This document shows positions 13,240 through 25,105 of a stretch of DNA of 45,867 bases, piece after piece; within the stretch, counting starts at the first letter, position 1, and each line of letters opens with the position of its first letter. The notes beneath the pieces are model-generated. The model worked only from the letters and a program-made list of their open reading frames with translations. It was not told where the DNA came from and did not search any database. Location: NCBI RefSeq assembly GCF_001194135.2, contig NC_068982.1, positions 23,280,636 through 23,326,502 on the forward strand. The letters are read 5' to 3'. Origin of the DNA: Octopus bimaculoides (taxonomy: Eukaryota). Position numbers and translations under genes: made by a program.

Positions 13240-13370
13240 CAAAGAGACAGAGAGCAGGGGGAGAGAGAGTGAGAGATAGCTACGAGGGAGAAGGGCGAGG
13301 TAGAGAGGGAGATGGAGAGAGGGAAAGGGAAAAAGGGGAAGGGAGTGATGGAGATAGGGAAAGAGATTTA
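13240..13370 (+). repeat. Purine-rich (GA/GGGA) tract containing a canonical G-quadruplex motif at 13321-13343
   Basis: GGGAAAGGGAAAAAGGGGAAGGG has four G3+ runs with loops of 2-5 nt. Confidence 0.8.
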
Positions 13371-13551
13371 AAGACAGAATTTAACTGGTATTTTAAGTAA
13401 CCCGGATTGATAGTAAAATTGATTTAGGGGAGAGCTGAAAAGGGGATCCAGAGAACAAGTGCGTATACTCTACCGTCTATGCACATTTTCGGCCAGTCCA
13501 ATTATTACAATGCTTATAAAAAAAATATTTAAAAATACCTGTCGTGTAAAA

Positions 13552-13665
13552 CAGTGGTTCTCAACCTTTTCGCAACCAAAGACTCCTTTTATTCAAATGA
13601 GTTTTTTCACGGCCCCTTTTTAATATGCTTATCCTTATGTATATATATATATATATATCCTTATG

Positions 13666-13720
<55 letters not shown>

Positions 13721-13786
13721 GAAATTTTGAATTTAGTTCACGGACCTCCTGTACTACGTCTAGGGACCACAGGTTGGGAACCACTG
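13552..13786. mobile_element. hAT (Charlie-like) MITE with an internal (TA)n expansion
   Basis: TIRs CAGTGGTTCTCAACCT (13552-13567) and AGGTTGGGAACCACTG (13771-13786) match at 15/16. The 8-bp flanks GTGTAAAA and GTCTATAA match at 6/8 and fit an nTnTAnAn target. Subterminal TTCACGG(C/A)CC repeats at 13606 and 13737. Confidence 0.85.
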
Positions 13787-14335
13787 GTCTATAACCAGTG
13801 TATTTTCTTTCACCCAACACATATCATTTATTTCTAAATATTGTTTTTATACTTTCCTTGTCTAAAACAATTTTCAACATTTCTCATGAGACATAACGCA
13901 TTGTCACAACACTTTTGCTAACACACTGTATATGTATTCTATTCTTACAAGTCAACGTTTGACAAGACATTTTCATTTCCTTATTATTTCTAAACTGCTG
14001 TTTACAATCTCAACATGTCGTAAACATACAACAAGCACTGGCTATTTCTAAAATAACAACAAGTGTTAGTTTTCAATTATTCCTTATTCCTGGGAAGGAT
14101 TGTACATTTTGGGAAACTGTAAAGCAATAATCTAAAGAAATATATATTTTCTTAGATACATGTTACTATATGCATCCACATGTGTACTCACACGCAACAC
14201 ACTTTCGAATACTTTATTACTTACCTACACTTTTAATCACATGCGCACTCAAACACACGTAAACACACACACGTTTATATATATGCATATGTGCACATGT
14301 ACACTATCTACCTCTCTGTCTGTCTGTCTGTTTCT

Positions 14336-14373
<38 letters not shown>

Positions 14374-16559
14374 TATATACATATATAACTTATGTATACA
14401 TATACACATACTGTATATGTAATTACATACCTTATGCCATTACACCTTCCTTCACTCCCGAATGGTTTGAAAATAATCTCGCCCTACAGTCTAAAGAGAA
14501 AAGAAAAAGCAATTTCAATTTTTCTTGTGATTCTTTCTGTATACCTCATTTATATGTACATAATACCATCTCTAAACACTTCGGACGTAATCGCATGTCA
14601 CTTACTTCATGGAAATATTGATGCCGGTTTTTTTTTTTTACTAAAGAACCGCTGACCCTATTATCACATCTGAACAAAATAAGAGAGGATACAAAGAAAA
14701 GTCAGTAAATAAATGGAAGAAAAAAACCACGTAAATAAATAACTAAATGGAGGAAAAATTGTAAGTCCTTATTTCTAATAGTAAATTCTTTCTGTCTGAA
14801 CTACCGCAGCTTCTCGCTACTCGATCATTTAAATATGTATATCAAACAATTTTCTTGAAACGAAATGTGCGTAACAATACTATAAATATTATGTAATATA
14901 TGTTTTTTGTTATTTGGAAAAAAAAAGAAAACAAAAAAGAAATCTTATTACGAGAGAGTATGAGAAACCAAAGAAAACCAAAAACGAAAAAAAAAACAAC
15001 AATATTTCCTCGTAGAAATATATTGATTTTTAGGTGTAAGTTGAATATGTTAAAACAGATTATAAATACGTAATAATACATTGAAGCAACATGATGCATA
15101 TATGACACTTATAGAATATTACATGTCATTTACATTTTCTCCAAACTTTGGTGTGAATATAGCTTTATTAAATAAGTTTAGTTGTTGGTAGAGATGCTTG
15201 AAATTTCCGGACACATTTGCACATCGATTCTATTGGTGAAACTGCATTTAGTTACAGAAAGAATAATTGTATACACGAGAAGAATAAGTAAAACGTTATA
15301 TGAACAACTATGAGATAGACCTGTTATGGAATGGAATCAACCGTCTGTCGTATTACATCACACTGTCTTAAAATAAAAATCCACGCATTAGAAAATGCAG
15401 CCTGGGATATATTTGTGGCAAAAAACAAAAAAAAAAACTTATATAAAATAAATCCATGAAGAAACCTTTAGTGTATAACTGGAAAACTGGTTGAACCTTG
15501 ACAGATAAGAACACGAATGGGTTAGAAATAATAGTTCTGATGGTTGAATTTATTCCTGTAGTTCGGACATTTGTGTTAACAAATATTCAAATCAGAAAAC
15601 AGAGATAAATTTAAGAAATTGTACGCTGTTTGCTTATTTATCTTCAACGTTATTTCTTTTGACTGTTTCCTTAGGTGAACTATTTTTATGAGACATTTCT
15701 AATGTCAGAACGGGTTAGAATTCATATACAGTTCAGTAGACTCGAGGTCACTGTAACCACAGTAGATGAAAGAGCTTCTTGGACTGCATGCTGTAACGTA
15801 CTGGAAAATGAACGAATATTCGATCAGTCAAATGCCAAAATGGTGTTTCGATTGTTTTATAAGTATTAACAATGTGATAAAAGTCCTTCCTGAGCTATAG
15901 GTTCAGGAAGGACCTTTGTCCGTCGCAGGCGCTTCTCAGTAGCAAGATCCCTCATGCTTGTTAGCTGAGTGAAGTCAAGATGTTGTGAAATGAAGTCTTT
16001 CGCTTAAGAACTGGACGCATCGTCCGATCCAAGAATTGAAGTCACTGTCTTACGGTCATGAGTGCAACACCCCACCACTAAATCATGTACCACCACTTGT
16101 TTAAGAATACTACTGCATAAATCCTCTTTCAGTCCTAAAATATCTTCTGGGCGAAAGAGAAAGCAAAGCTAGGTTATGTTTACATGCACAATACTCAACA
16201 TAAATTTCTATGTAAGTAAATGCGACAACCATTTGATAATGTGACATTTAACATAGTCTAATAGAAAAATTTCATTTGACATGGTTATAAGTGAACTGAA
16301 TCACCATCCAGAAAATGAATTACAGGACACCCTCTAAGATCATAATCGCTTCAAAAATCTCAATTCCACAAATTCTTAAAACTAAGGCTCTGTAAATATC
16401 ACTAATATGGAGATACAACACCAAGGAAGAGTTTCGCTCTTCCACACAAAACGTTACTAGGAAATGATCTCGGTCACTTGTTAACAGTATCCATCGACGT
16501 TACTACGCGAGAAACTGATACCGAGGTCGGCCTAATCATAGCACAAATACAGTGCAACA

Positions 16560-17110
16560 TGGCCCTAGCTTATATCCTCATTAAAACTATTCAATATTTC
16601 TCTGTATTCCACTCTATATAAACATGCAACGGTTCTCCTTATCCCTTATTATCTACCAACAACCTACGTATTACCCTCACAATTGATGTAACATATTTTA
16701 GGAAATAAAGGTAAAAAAATAACCTGCTTTATAATTTGAACCACAGAGTTGTACAAAGGACTCACACTTTTCAGTTCATCTCCAAAGGTTTCTAGTCTTA
16801 TAATCAAATTCATTGCTATGAATAACACCGAAGCTTACGAATATGTCAGGCATAGTAATTTTAGTTTCATTCCTATCCTATGAGATCGATCACATCACGT
16901 TTGCTAGAATTAGGTTTCCTGTTTTCATTATAACCTGCACAAATACATATACTAAGCAATATTTGTTTTTCCTCCCGACACCCGTTCTTCCAAGTATATT
17001 TGATCTATTAGATTTTTCTTCCAAAATTTCTACAATACTACGTAGATGATACCAGCAATTATTTCCTACCAGATAAAAGACGTTTTCCATGAGCAACACA
17101 GATCGTTACA
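16560..17110 (+). mobile_element. Decayed Penelope-like element RT relic
   Basis: Ordered degenerate motifs: ..PYPLLS (cf. P.RPIIS), KVSSL (cf. DV.SL), TKQY...PTPVLPSIF (cf. YKQ..G..MG.PLSPVLA.IF), PKFLQYYVDDT (cf. P.FY.RYVDD, at about 17021-17053). Confidence 0.5.
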
Positions 17111-17257
17111 TATTGTATACAACGTTGATACCTCAAAAAACAAACATCTAGTATTAACGTTGCAAACATTGAAAAGTTGAAATAAATAATTGGTTGAATC
17201 ATTAAGGAAAAAGCATTGCACTAAGCATCTCATAACGATGTGCAACAACGAAAATAT

Positions 17258-17344
17258 TGTTACGAACGCCCGCACCCGAAGCACGTCGAAGAAGAGAAAA
17301 CTCTCTCGCGCGCGAACGTCGACGCTCAGCCGGAGCACGTAACG
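17258..17344. other. CpG-dense 87-bp segment (LTR-like fragment or promoter-like)
   Basis: I count 16 CpGs, including CTCTCTCGCGCGCG. It is bounded by TGTTACG...CGTAACG, a near-inverted 7-mer resembling LTR TG..CA termini. Confidence 0.6.
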
Positions 17345-18914
17345 AAGACAACAGGCAAAAGGGAGGAAGAAATAACACGGAGACCATACGTTGGGTAGTG
17401 GAGCTAACTTTTTCTTCTTTTTGGCAAACAAAACATTACATCATCAATACATTGCATAACAATTCAAATAACATTTAACAAAGGTTTCAGAACATTGCAT
17501 AATCCCAAGTTTACAGTCAAGAGTTCATATATCAAGTCGAATTAAAAGTTCTTTCACTTCGTTGTTTTCCTTTTCCATTAACAACATGTCACAAAGTTCT
17601 TCCTTTTCCATTCCACCCGTCAACATCACAGTTAACGAAATCTCTTTTTCTTTTAAACATGTAACGACGAAGTACATTTTAAAGAATATTTAAACAAACC
17701 TTAACCACACGAATTTCCTTTCTTTCAAAACTCCTACTCTAATCCAAGAAGTGACCAACTGACTACTACAATCTCTTGGCTGCCACAACAGTTCCATCTC
17801 TGTCCCTCTCTCTCATTGCTTCAGTCCCTATCGGTTGACTGGTACCTTCTCACCATAGGCTCTCTCTCTCTCTCTCTCAGCCTCTTTTTGTCAGCCTCTC
17901 TGTTCATCTTGCTGACCGCTGCTGTTACATACTCGTTCTTCACTGGCCCGCGTTCTTCATCCAACTCCGTCCACCAACCGTTTGATGCCAACTGCTTTCG
18001 CCAACCGCCTGATGTCAACCCGACTCGCCAACTGCTTTCGCGCCAATTCCCTGATACCAACTATCGCTCTTGCATTTATCACAAATCCCATAGCTTTACA
18101 ATGCTACATTACTCCCTCCCAAAGCTGGGTCAGTTCAGTACAATTCCTCACTTGTTTTTCTGAACTGTTGGTTACCGGTAAGAGTCATCGATCACACCTA
18201 CGCTAAAAATAGCTGTGGTTGTTGACAAGACAAAGGAAATGCCATTATCCTCAACAAACAGAATACGGTTTCAAACCCAGCTCGGGAGATAGGGATATAA
18301 CATTAATTTGTTTTTCGGTGATCGCATCACTATAAAATGAATAAGTAGTTTTGGACGCACGCTCAAACGCACACACTCGCACGCACACAAAAACAAATAT
18401 ATGTGTGTGTTTGTCTGTCAAATAAGGTAATATTACGCCCGATGAAACTCTACTCCATCGTCCATCTTATGATGGAAGAGATCGCAACTGTAAGGTTGGC
18501 TGCTGATCGTTTGCAGTGAAATGCACCATCTACGCATCCGTTCTTGAAACGGCTGTAAGCGACAATCGGCTCACCTTCTTATTTCCTCCCTTCTTAGGAT
18601 CTATACTCTTGTAAAAGTTCAAACCTCTCGTTTTATTATACACATAATCTGCGGTGATAATCCTACGTAATACCACTTGTCTGCTTATTTCTATGTTTAT
18701 TCCATTTCATATATATGTATGTATGTATGCATGTATTAATTATTACTGAATGACAATATAGAACAGGAATTACATAATCAGATTCCTTAGCATTTAGCTG
18801 TTTCTGCTCCAAGAACCCGTCCACTTAGCGATGAGTAGTTGTCCAGCCATAATATAGCTTCCTAGCCTATGTTTATTGAGTTCTAAGAACTTTTCTTCTT
18901 TGGGCTAAGGAGTA

Positions 18915-19220
18915 TCCTTTAGTGGTTAGAGCATCAGGATCACGATTATGAGGTAGTAAGTTCGATTCCCTGACCGGGCTGTATGTTGTATTCTTGAACA
19001 AACTATATTTCACTTTGCTCCAGTTCACTCAGCTGTAGAAATGAGTTGCGACTTCACTGGTGCCAAGATATATCGGCATTTGAATTTTCTTGGATAACAT
19101 CGGTAGCATGGAAAGAGGAGGTTGGTATCTATTGGAGATTATTAGTCGCCTAAAGTCAACCTTGCCAAGGCGTGTGTCGCGGAGAAGAACTTTCTAGGTG
19201 TAATCCCATGGTTATTCTTT
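18915..19220 (+). mobile_element. tRNA-derived SINE, family C
   Basis: A-box-like TAGTGGTTAGAGCA, B-box-like AGTTCGATTCC, followed by TGCTCCAGTTCACTCAGCTGTAGAAATGAG, a SINE central-domain-like sequence. Confidence 0.7.
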
Positions 19221-19682
19221 ACCTATTATTACTAACTATATATGTTTACCCCTCAAAATTAGCCTTTTCCAAATGCTTGAAAACAATTCAGCTAAATTCC
19301 GTTGAACAACAAAGTTCTTATTGGAAGATTAATCCGAAAGCCGGCACGCTCCTTCTGTTGTTTACATTATATACATTTGCTTTTTTTCCTAATCATTCAC
19401 TCACCAAATTACTTCCTCCACTCTCAGATTCATATTGTCCTTCTTTTCTTCGTTTGCACTCCTTCTAATGTGACCATAATTATAGTAGTACTTACGCTAT
19501 ATTGACGCTCTACATTTATTTTAACTTTGTCGCATGCATCTATATGTTACAATGCATCGATATCTCAAAGAAATTCTCCGCAGAGAATATTATACGGGAA
19601 AGGACAAGGTAGTCATACAATTGCTTAATATGAATGTATTGTTCTTTAATTTCTCTTTCGTTTTTAATATAAGAATACGATT

Positions 19683-20170
19683 CATAAGTCGACTAAAGTA
19701 GCTGAGAGAAATGAGTAGTTCATTGGAAGCCCTCTTTCTTGGTTTCTGAGGATTTAAATCAATGCTTGAGCAAGAACCATTTCGTTTTCTGCAGTCGTAA
19801 TACTGACCGGCCGACCACTTTTCTGTGCATTGCAGATGGACACAGTCTGCTCAAATTTGCAACGTATTCTGTATACTGTCAATCTTAACGAAGCTGAACT
19901 TTCAAATTCGTCAGTCAATTTCTGTTTAACATTATTTTGCATTCTGTGCTTTCTAGCAGTGCTTAGTGATCCACTGTCGTTCATGCATAGTCAAATTGCC
20001 AGGCATATGATACATATCTAAAATTAGTAATAATTATTTGATTATAGAAAAAATTGGTTAAAAAAGAACAAAGAATCATAAAAATCTTACCCTAAAAATG
20101 AAATACAGAACTGGAAAGAACATTCTACTCACATGAAGCAACTGCACATCTACTTTTATTAACGACTGTA
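19683..20170 (-). mobile_element. Tc1/mariner-superfamily transposon 5' part (DUF4817-type HTH transposase N-terminus, pseudogenised)
   Basis: From the ATG at 20006, across frameshifts: MPGNLTMHERQWITKHC*KAQNA / KQKLTDEFESSASLRLTVYRIRCKFEQTVSICNAQKSGRPVSITTAENEMV / NPQKPKKEASNELLIS..FSRLMN. This matches the ..WI.K.YWK.ENA..PSRLTIYRIRDKFE.TGS.....SGRP..SP.KS.RRAS.EL pattern. A TACAG terminus lies at 20170-20166. Confidence 0.8.
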
Positions 20171-20299
20171 TTTCAACATAACTTATGTGTTGGGGGTTAA
20201 CTTTTATGATCCCAAGTTAGAAAATCGACTACGTAGTTTTTCAAATATGTGCGATTCAATTCACAGATATGGGAATATATTTTGCTCTCTTGGTATGTG

Positions 20300-20314
20300 G
20301 TATATATATATATA

Positions 20315-20376
<62 letters not shown>

Positions 20377-20477
20377 GAGAAAAGGTGAAAGAGGTGTGGA
20401 GTGAGGGGTAGATAGGTATATGTATATAGATATAGACATATATATATATGTGTATATGCTATATATGTATATATGTA

Positions 20478-20542
<65 letters not shown>

Positions 20543-20545
20543 TTG
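20300..20545. repeat. (TA)n, (GA)n and (TG)n microsatellites
   Basis: Directly visible. Confidence 0.95.
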
Positions 20546-20765
20546 TCACATATAGAGGAAAACAAATTTGTTCGATATTGTCAGTTTACCACACGTTTTA
20601 TAGAGTGGCAAAGTTAAGTAATCATGGTATTCTCTGTAAAAGCCAATCTTTTTTTCCAATTCTTGACACCGTTCTAGACACCTATATATTTTCACGCTTC
20701 ACTATTGATTGTATTTCTTAAAGCCGTTAAAACAACAATTTTGACGCATTAAATAAAATCAATCT

Positions 20766-21234
20766 GTATATATATATATATATATATATATNNNNNNNNN
20801 NNNNNNNNNNNNNNNNNNNNNNNNNNNNNNNNNNNNNNNNNNNNNNNNNNNNNNNNNNNNNNNNNNNNNNNNNNNNNNNNNNNNNNNNNNNNNNNNNNNN
20901 NNNNNNNNNNNNNNNNNNNNNNNNNNNNNNNNNNNNNNNNNNNNNNNNNNNNNNNNNNNNNNNNNNNNNNNNNNNNNNNNNNNNNNNNNNNNNNNNNNNN
21001 NNNNNNNNNNNNNNNNNNNNNNNNNNNNNNNNNNNNNNNNNNNNNNNNNNNNNNNNNNNNNNNNNNNNNNNNNNNNNNNNNNNNNNNNNNNNNNNNNNNN
21101 NNNNNNNNNNNNNNNNNNNNNNNNNNNNNNNNNNNNNNNNNNNNNNNNNNNNNNNNNNNNNNNNNNNNNNNNNNNNNNNNNNNNNNNNNNNNNNNNNNNN
21201 NNNNNNNNNNNNNNNNNNNNNNNNNNNNNNNNNN

Positions 21235-21296
<62 letters not shown>
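20766..21296. repeat. (TA)n/(TG)n flanking assembly gap 20792-21234
   Basis: Directly visible. Confidence 0.95.
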
Positions 21297-21297
<1 letters not shown>

Positions 21298-22490
21298 CAA
21301 AGACAAGACCGCATTTTAAGTGAAAGTTCTCTTGAAATATATAGGTTACACAGATAAAAGATTTCGTACGTATAGCAAAGTATCATTGTATTCTGAAACA
21401 CAGATAGTGAATAGATTAGGTGTGAGTATGTCTTGTTGATGTGTTTTTCGATGTTTCCTTTGTCCCTCTCCTGTTGGTTGTTGCCCTGACTGTTCTTAAT
21501 ATTCTTGTGGTTGTGGTCGTTGGTGCCTTTGTCATAGTTGTGTTACGGAACAGATATTCATATATAGACTCCATGCTTACTCACGCATAGAAGTATGATA
21601 AAATTCCAGTTATAAAGACAAAATGCATGAAGCACTTCCTCCTGATATTTTTTCTCGCAACTATGAGGATTCTCCCCCACTCAGTCCTAGTCAATGTCAG
21701 ATTTGTTGATAGGAAGGTTGGTACCACTAAAATGCCTTGTGTTTATAATCCCGAATTTTACTGAACCCCATTTTGCTATCGGCACTTTAAGCTGTAGTAT
21801 GTTTGCACTTCAAATTTGCTGTTCACCTATCAAATATTATTGGATGTTCACTATATTACTGTATTTATGAACTAGAATCAATGAAACAGTCGAAAATAGT
21901 TATGTACTAAAGTTTGGGATCCTTTGGCATTTCGGCCGAAGAATTTCCTACTAAGGAAAATACTAAAAGACTTTAGAATAAAAAAAAACAAAACATCGAA
22001 AGATAGGAAAGAAAGAAACTCACTGTAAACTGAAGACTAAAAGAAGACAAAACCGTGTAACACGATCTCTTCCTTGGGTAGCAACAGTTAGTTCTTATTT
22101 GCTTTCTCCTGGAAATTATGAAAAATGGCTAAAAATTCCATTAATATTTGCTCGTTATATTTATTCAAACTCCAATGTATCCATCTCAACACCTGGATAT
22201 GATGCTCACCCCACTACTTCTGCTTTTGATCAGAGATGCATAAATCGTCAGACTCTAAGGGGAATGCTCAAGTAGTAACGGTCAAGCAACTGACATGCAA
22301 ATCTCTGGTATTCAGCAAACGTGATGTTTCTGCTTCAGCAATTCAACGCTGAATCTGTCTGAAATGTAATGGAAAATAAGTCAGTTTCAAAACATTGATA
22401 TCCAGGTCGCAAAATGGAAGTTTGATGGGAATAGTAGTCATTGCCTTTGATTTCTAGATAGAACGAAGTAGGAAATAACACCTACTGGCA

Positions 22491-22491
22491 A

Positions 22492-22530
<39 letters not shown>

Positions 22531-22541
22531 ATACAAATAAA
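22491..22541. repeat. (AAAT)n microsatellite
   Basis: Directly visible. Confidence 0.95.
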
Positions 22542-22989
22542 ACTTTTGTTGCACAGTGTAATCTAAAGCTTGCCTAGTTATTAATATTTCTATTATTTTT
22601 ATTAGTCATCGAAAAGTCGAGTTATACCAGGCTTACACGTAACGCGTCCTTACGTAACCATTTAGTTTGGAATGGCTACATTTCGATAACTTCACTAGTT
22701 ATCATCAGAGTGGTAGTATCCATTATTGCTAATAGTTGGGTGGAGATTGATTAATGTCTTACACCATTATTGATTACTATCTTTCTATTTTGACAAAGAG
22801 AAATTGTACTGACCTTATTTTTCTCTTATCATTTATGACCGTAATTATAGAGAAAGTAATCCCATCTTACCACAGATTTGTTTTTTGTTCGGAACTAATA
22901 TGACTAGTCCTACGTATGTTTCACACCTATTGTACTCACTAATTTTTGATACCGCCTGTTGGTTAATGTTGTTCTTATGTACTACATTT

Positions 22990-23150
22990 GACAGATTTTG
23001 TCGATGAATTGTCGAATGCTTCCTGGTAAAGAGGGTGTAAAATAAAATCTAAATAAAACGTAGCCCACTTGAAAATATTCAAACCTTTTAAAACAGTTGA
23101 TCATGAAAAGTCTTTCCACAATGCAAATAGTATTGGTCCTCTTATCAGAG
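22990..23150 (+). mobile_element. Possible CR1/L2-type LINE RT remnant
   Basis: HLTDFVDELSNA...FKPFKTVDHEKSFHNANSIG resembles ..L..F.D.......FSKAFDTVDH..LL.KL...G. Confidence 0.3.
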
Positions 23151-24054
23151 TCACAGATATTTCATGTGTATTTATGTATGCTTTATGGTCAGGTTACATG
23201 AGAATCTCTGAGAATCTTAAGTTTGCTTGATACTCTTTGTGACTGAAAATCTTACTGATTGTGACAGCAGATCTAGTTCCGTCATATATCACGTGTTCCT
23301 TTCCATTAGAATTCCACTACATTGCGTCTCCACATCTTCCATTTGCGCACACTCCAATACTGAAATTCTTCTTGATGCTGTCGACGGCATTTCTGAAGCA
23401 ACGAAGTCGTCTCAAAGAAGAAGGTAATAATCTTTTACCCTTTTCAGAAACTGTTCGAGTCAGTTTGTGGTCTGTACTGATGCAGTTCTTCGGAAAACCC
23501 CTCACATTGTCGGTACTTAAGATAGTTTGATAGCCTGGTAACAATGAACTTTGCAATCTGCATGTAGATGTAAGATTATGGAAATATATTACGATAGTTT
23601 CTGTAATAACATTCGACTCCTTCCACAGAGAGTGTATTTTCTTTCTTTCAAATATCGATTGTAATATAGATCGATGATTATTCACACTATCTTTTCAACT
23701 CCTTAACATGTCTATTGTTGCGTCAAATTTTCTTGTGTTTTTATCTCTCCTAATGAGATGTAAAGAATTCTATATTACAGTAACTATAATGGCTAAAATT
23801 TCTACCAGTACTTATAAGGATTGGGGATCGAACGTCACTGATGATTTAAACGACGCTAGTTTCAGAAATTGTTATCTCTTGCTGCTGTACATTCAGCACT
23901 ACCAATGCAAATTTTCACAACATCAAAAGTATCAAATTATTCAAAGGAAATACAATTTTCAAAGTGATTATATATTTCATAGTTCTCTATAAACGTTCAA
24001 TCAGCTAAATAAGAGTGGAATTTTCACGATTACTGCTAATGTTTATTATATTAT

Positions 24055-24205
24055 AACGGTCATCAAATTACGCCGAAGTCGACTTCGCTTTTCATCCTTC
24101 CAGGTTCGATAAAACATGTACCAGTGAATACTGTGGTCGATTTAATCAACTAACTCCTCTCCCGAAATTGCTGGCCTTGTCCCAAAATTTGAAACCATTA
24201 CTACA
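24055..24205 (+). mobile_element. SINE family A, 5'-truncated
   Basis: CAAATTACGCCGAAGTCGACTTCGCTTTTCATCC...CCAAAATTTGAAACC matches the family A body and tail. Confidence 0.8.
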
Positions 24206-24217
24206 ACTATCATCTAA

Positions 24218-24420
24218 GGCGTCGAAATGGCAAAATCATTACTACGATGGACAAAATGTAAGCGGCATTTCGTCTGTCTTTACGTTCTGAGTTCAAGCGG
24301 CACCAAAGTCGACTTTGACTTTCATTTTTCCGAAAAACGGTTAAGTACTGCGGTCAACGTAATCGACCTCACGTGTCCCTTAAAAACTGCTGACCTGACC
24401 AAAAATCAAAAAATATTATT
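24218..24420 (+). mobile_element. SINE family A, diverged copy directly tandem to the previous one
   Basis: TGGCAAAATCATTA...GCGGCATTTCGTCTGTCTTTACGTTCTGAGTTCAA...GTCGACTTTGACTTTCAT. Confidence 0.8.
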
Positions 24421-24589
24421 ACAATGACCAATGTTATTGTCCTAAATATATTTGTGGATATAATTTTCATCAGAATCAAGTCCAGCCGCTTCATTATGTC
24501 CATTAGTATGTATAACATCTGTTTTATTAGCAAAATCATGGCTCAGCTTTTTAAAAAAAAATGATCTTCATCGTATTTATAATTAACCT

Positions 24590-25105
24590 ACATACACCAT
24601 TTTAATCATCATCATACATACATTGCCATTATCATCTTCTGTGCCAGCCAAAGAGTTTATCCCCTCCCCTAATTCTTGCCTTCCCCTCCTTCTGTTCCTC
24701 ATCCTCGTCTTCATCATCATTATATTCCTTATCCTTATCATCATCACTACCACCAATATCACTAGAACCATCATAACCAGAAACGCATCAATAACAATAT
24801 CCAGAATCTATCCATCGTTCTTCTCTCTAATTACCCTTCGTTGTTCACATGATAATACCTATACACATTAGTTCCCTATCTATCAATACTGACTTTTTTT
24901 CCTTTTCATTCGTCAGAATTACGAAAGCTCTACTACATACATTTTCCAGGAACTATTAAACATATTCTTTTACATCGTTTGTAACAACAACACTATCATC
25001 ATGATCGTTATTAGCATCATTATTGTCATCATCGTCGTATTCGAACACCGTTGTGTTCCTCACCCTCATCACCATCGTCATCGTCTCCACGATCACCATC
25101 ATATC
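24590..25105. repeat. Degenerate (CAT)n/(CCT)n low-complexity region
   Basis: Directly visible. Confidence 0.75.

Noticed and set aside
15675-15869. 64-codon ORF after a strong acceptor
   Set aside because: No recognisable homology and no upstream partner exon identified, so it is not listed as a CDS.
18915-18990. tRNA-like sequence with A and B boxes
   Set aside because: It does not form a clean cloverleaf and continues into a SINE body; it is a SINE head, not a tRNA gene. The same applies to the family A and B heads.
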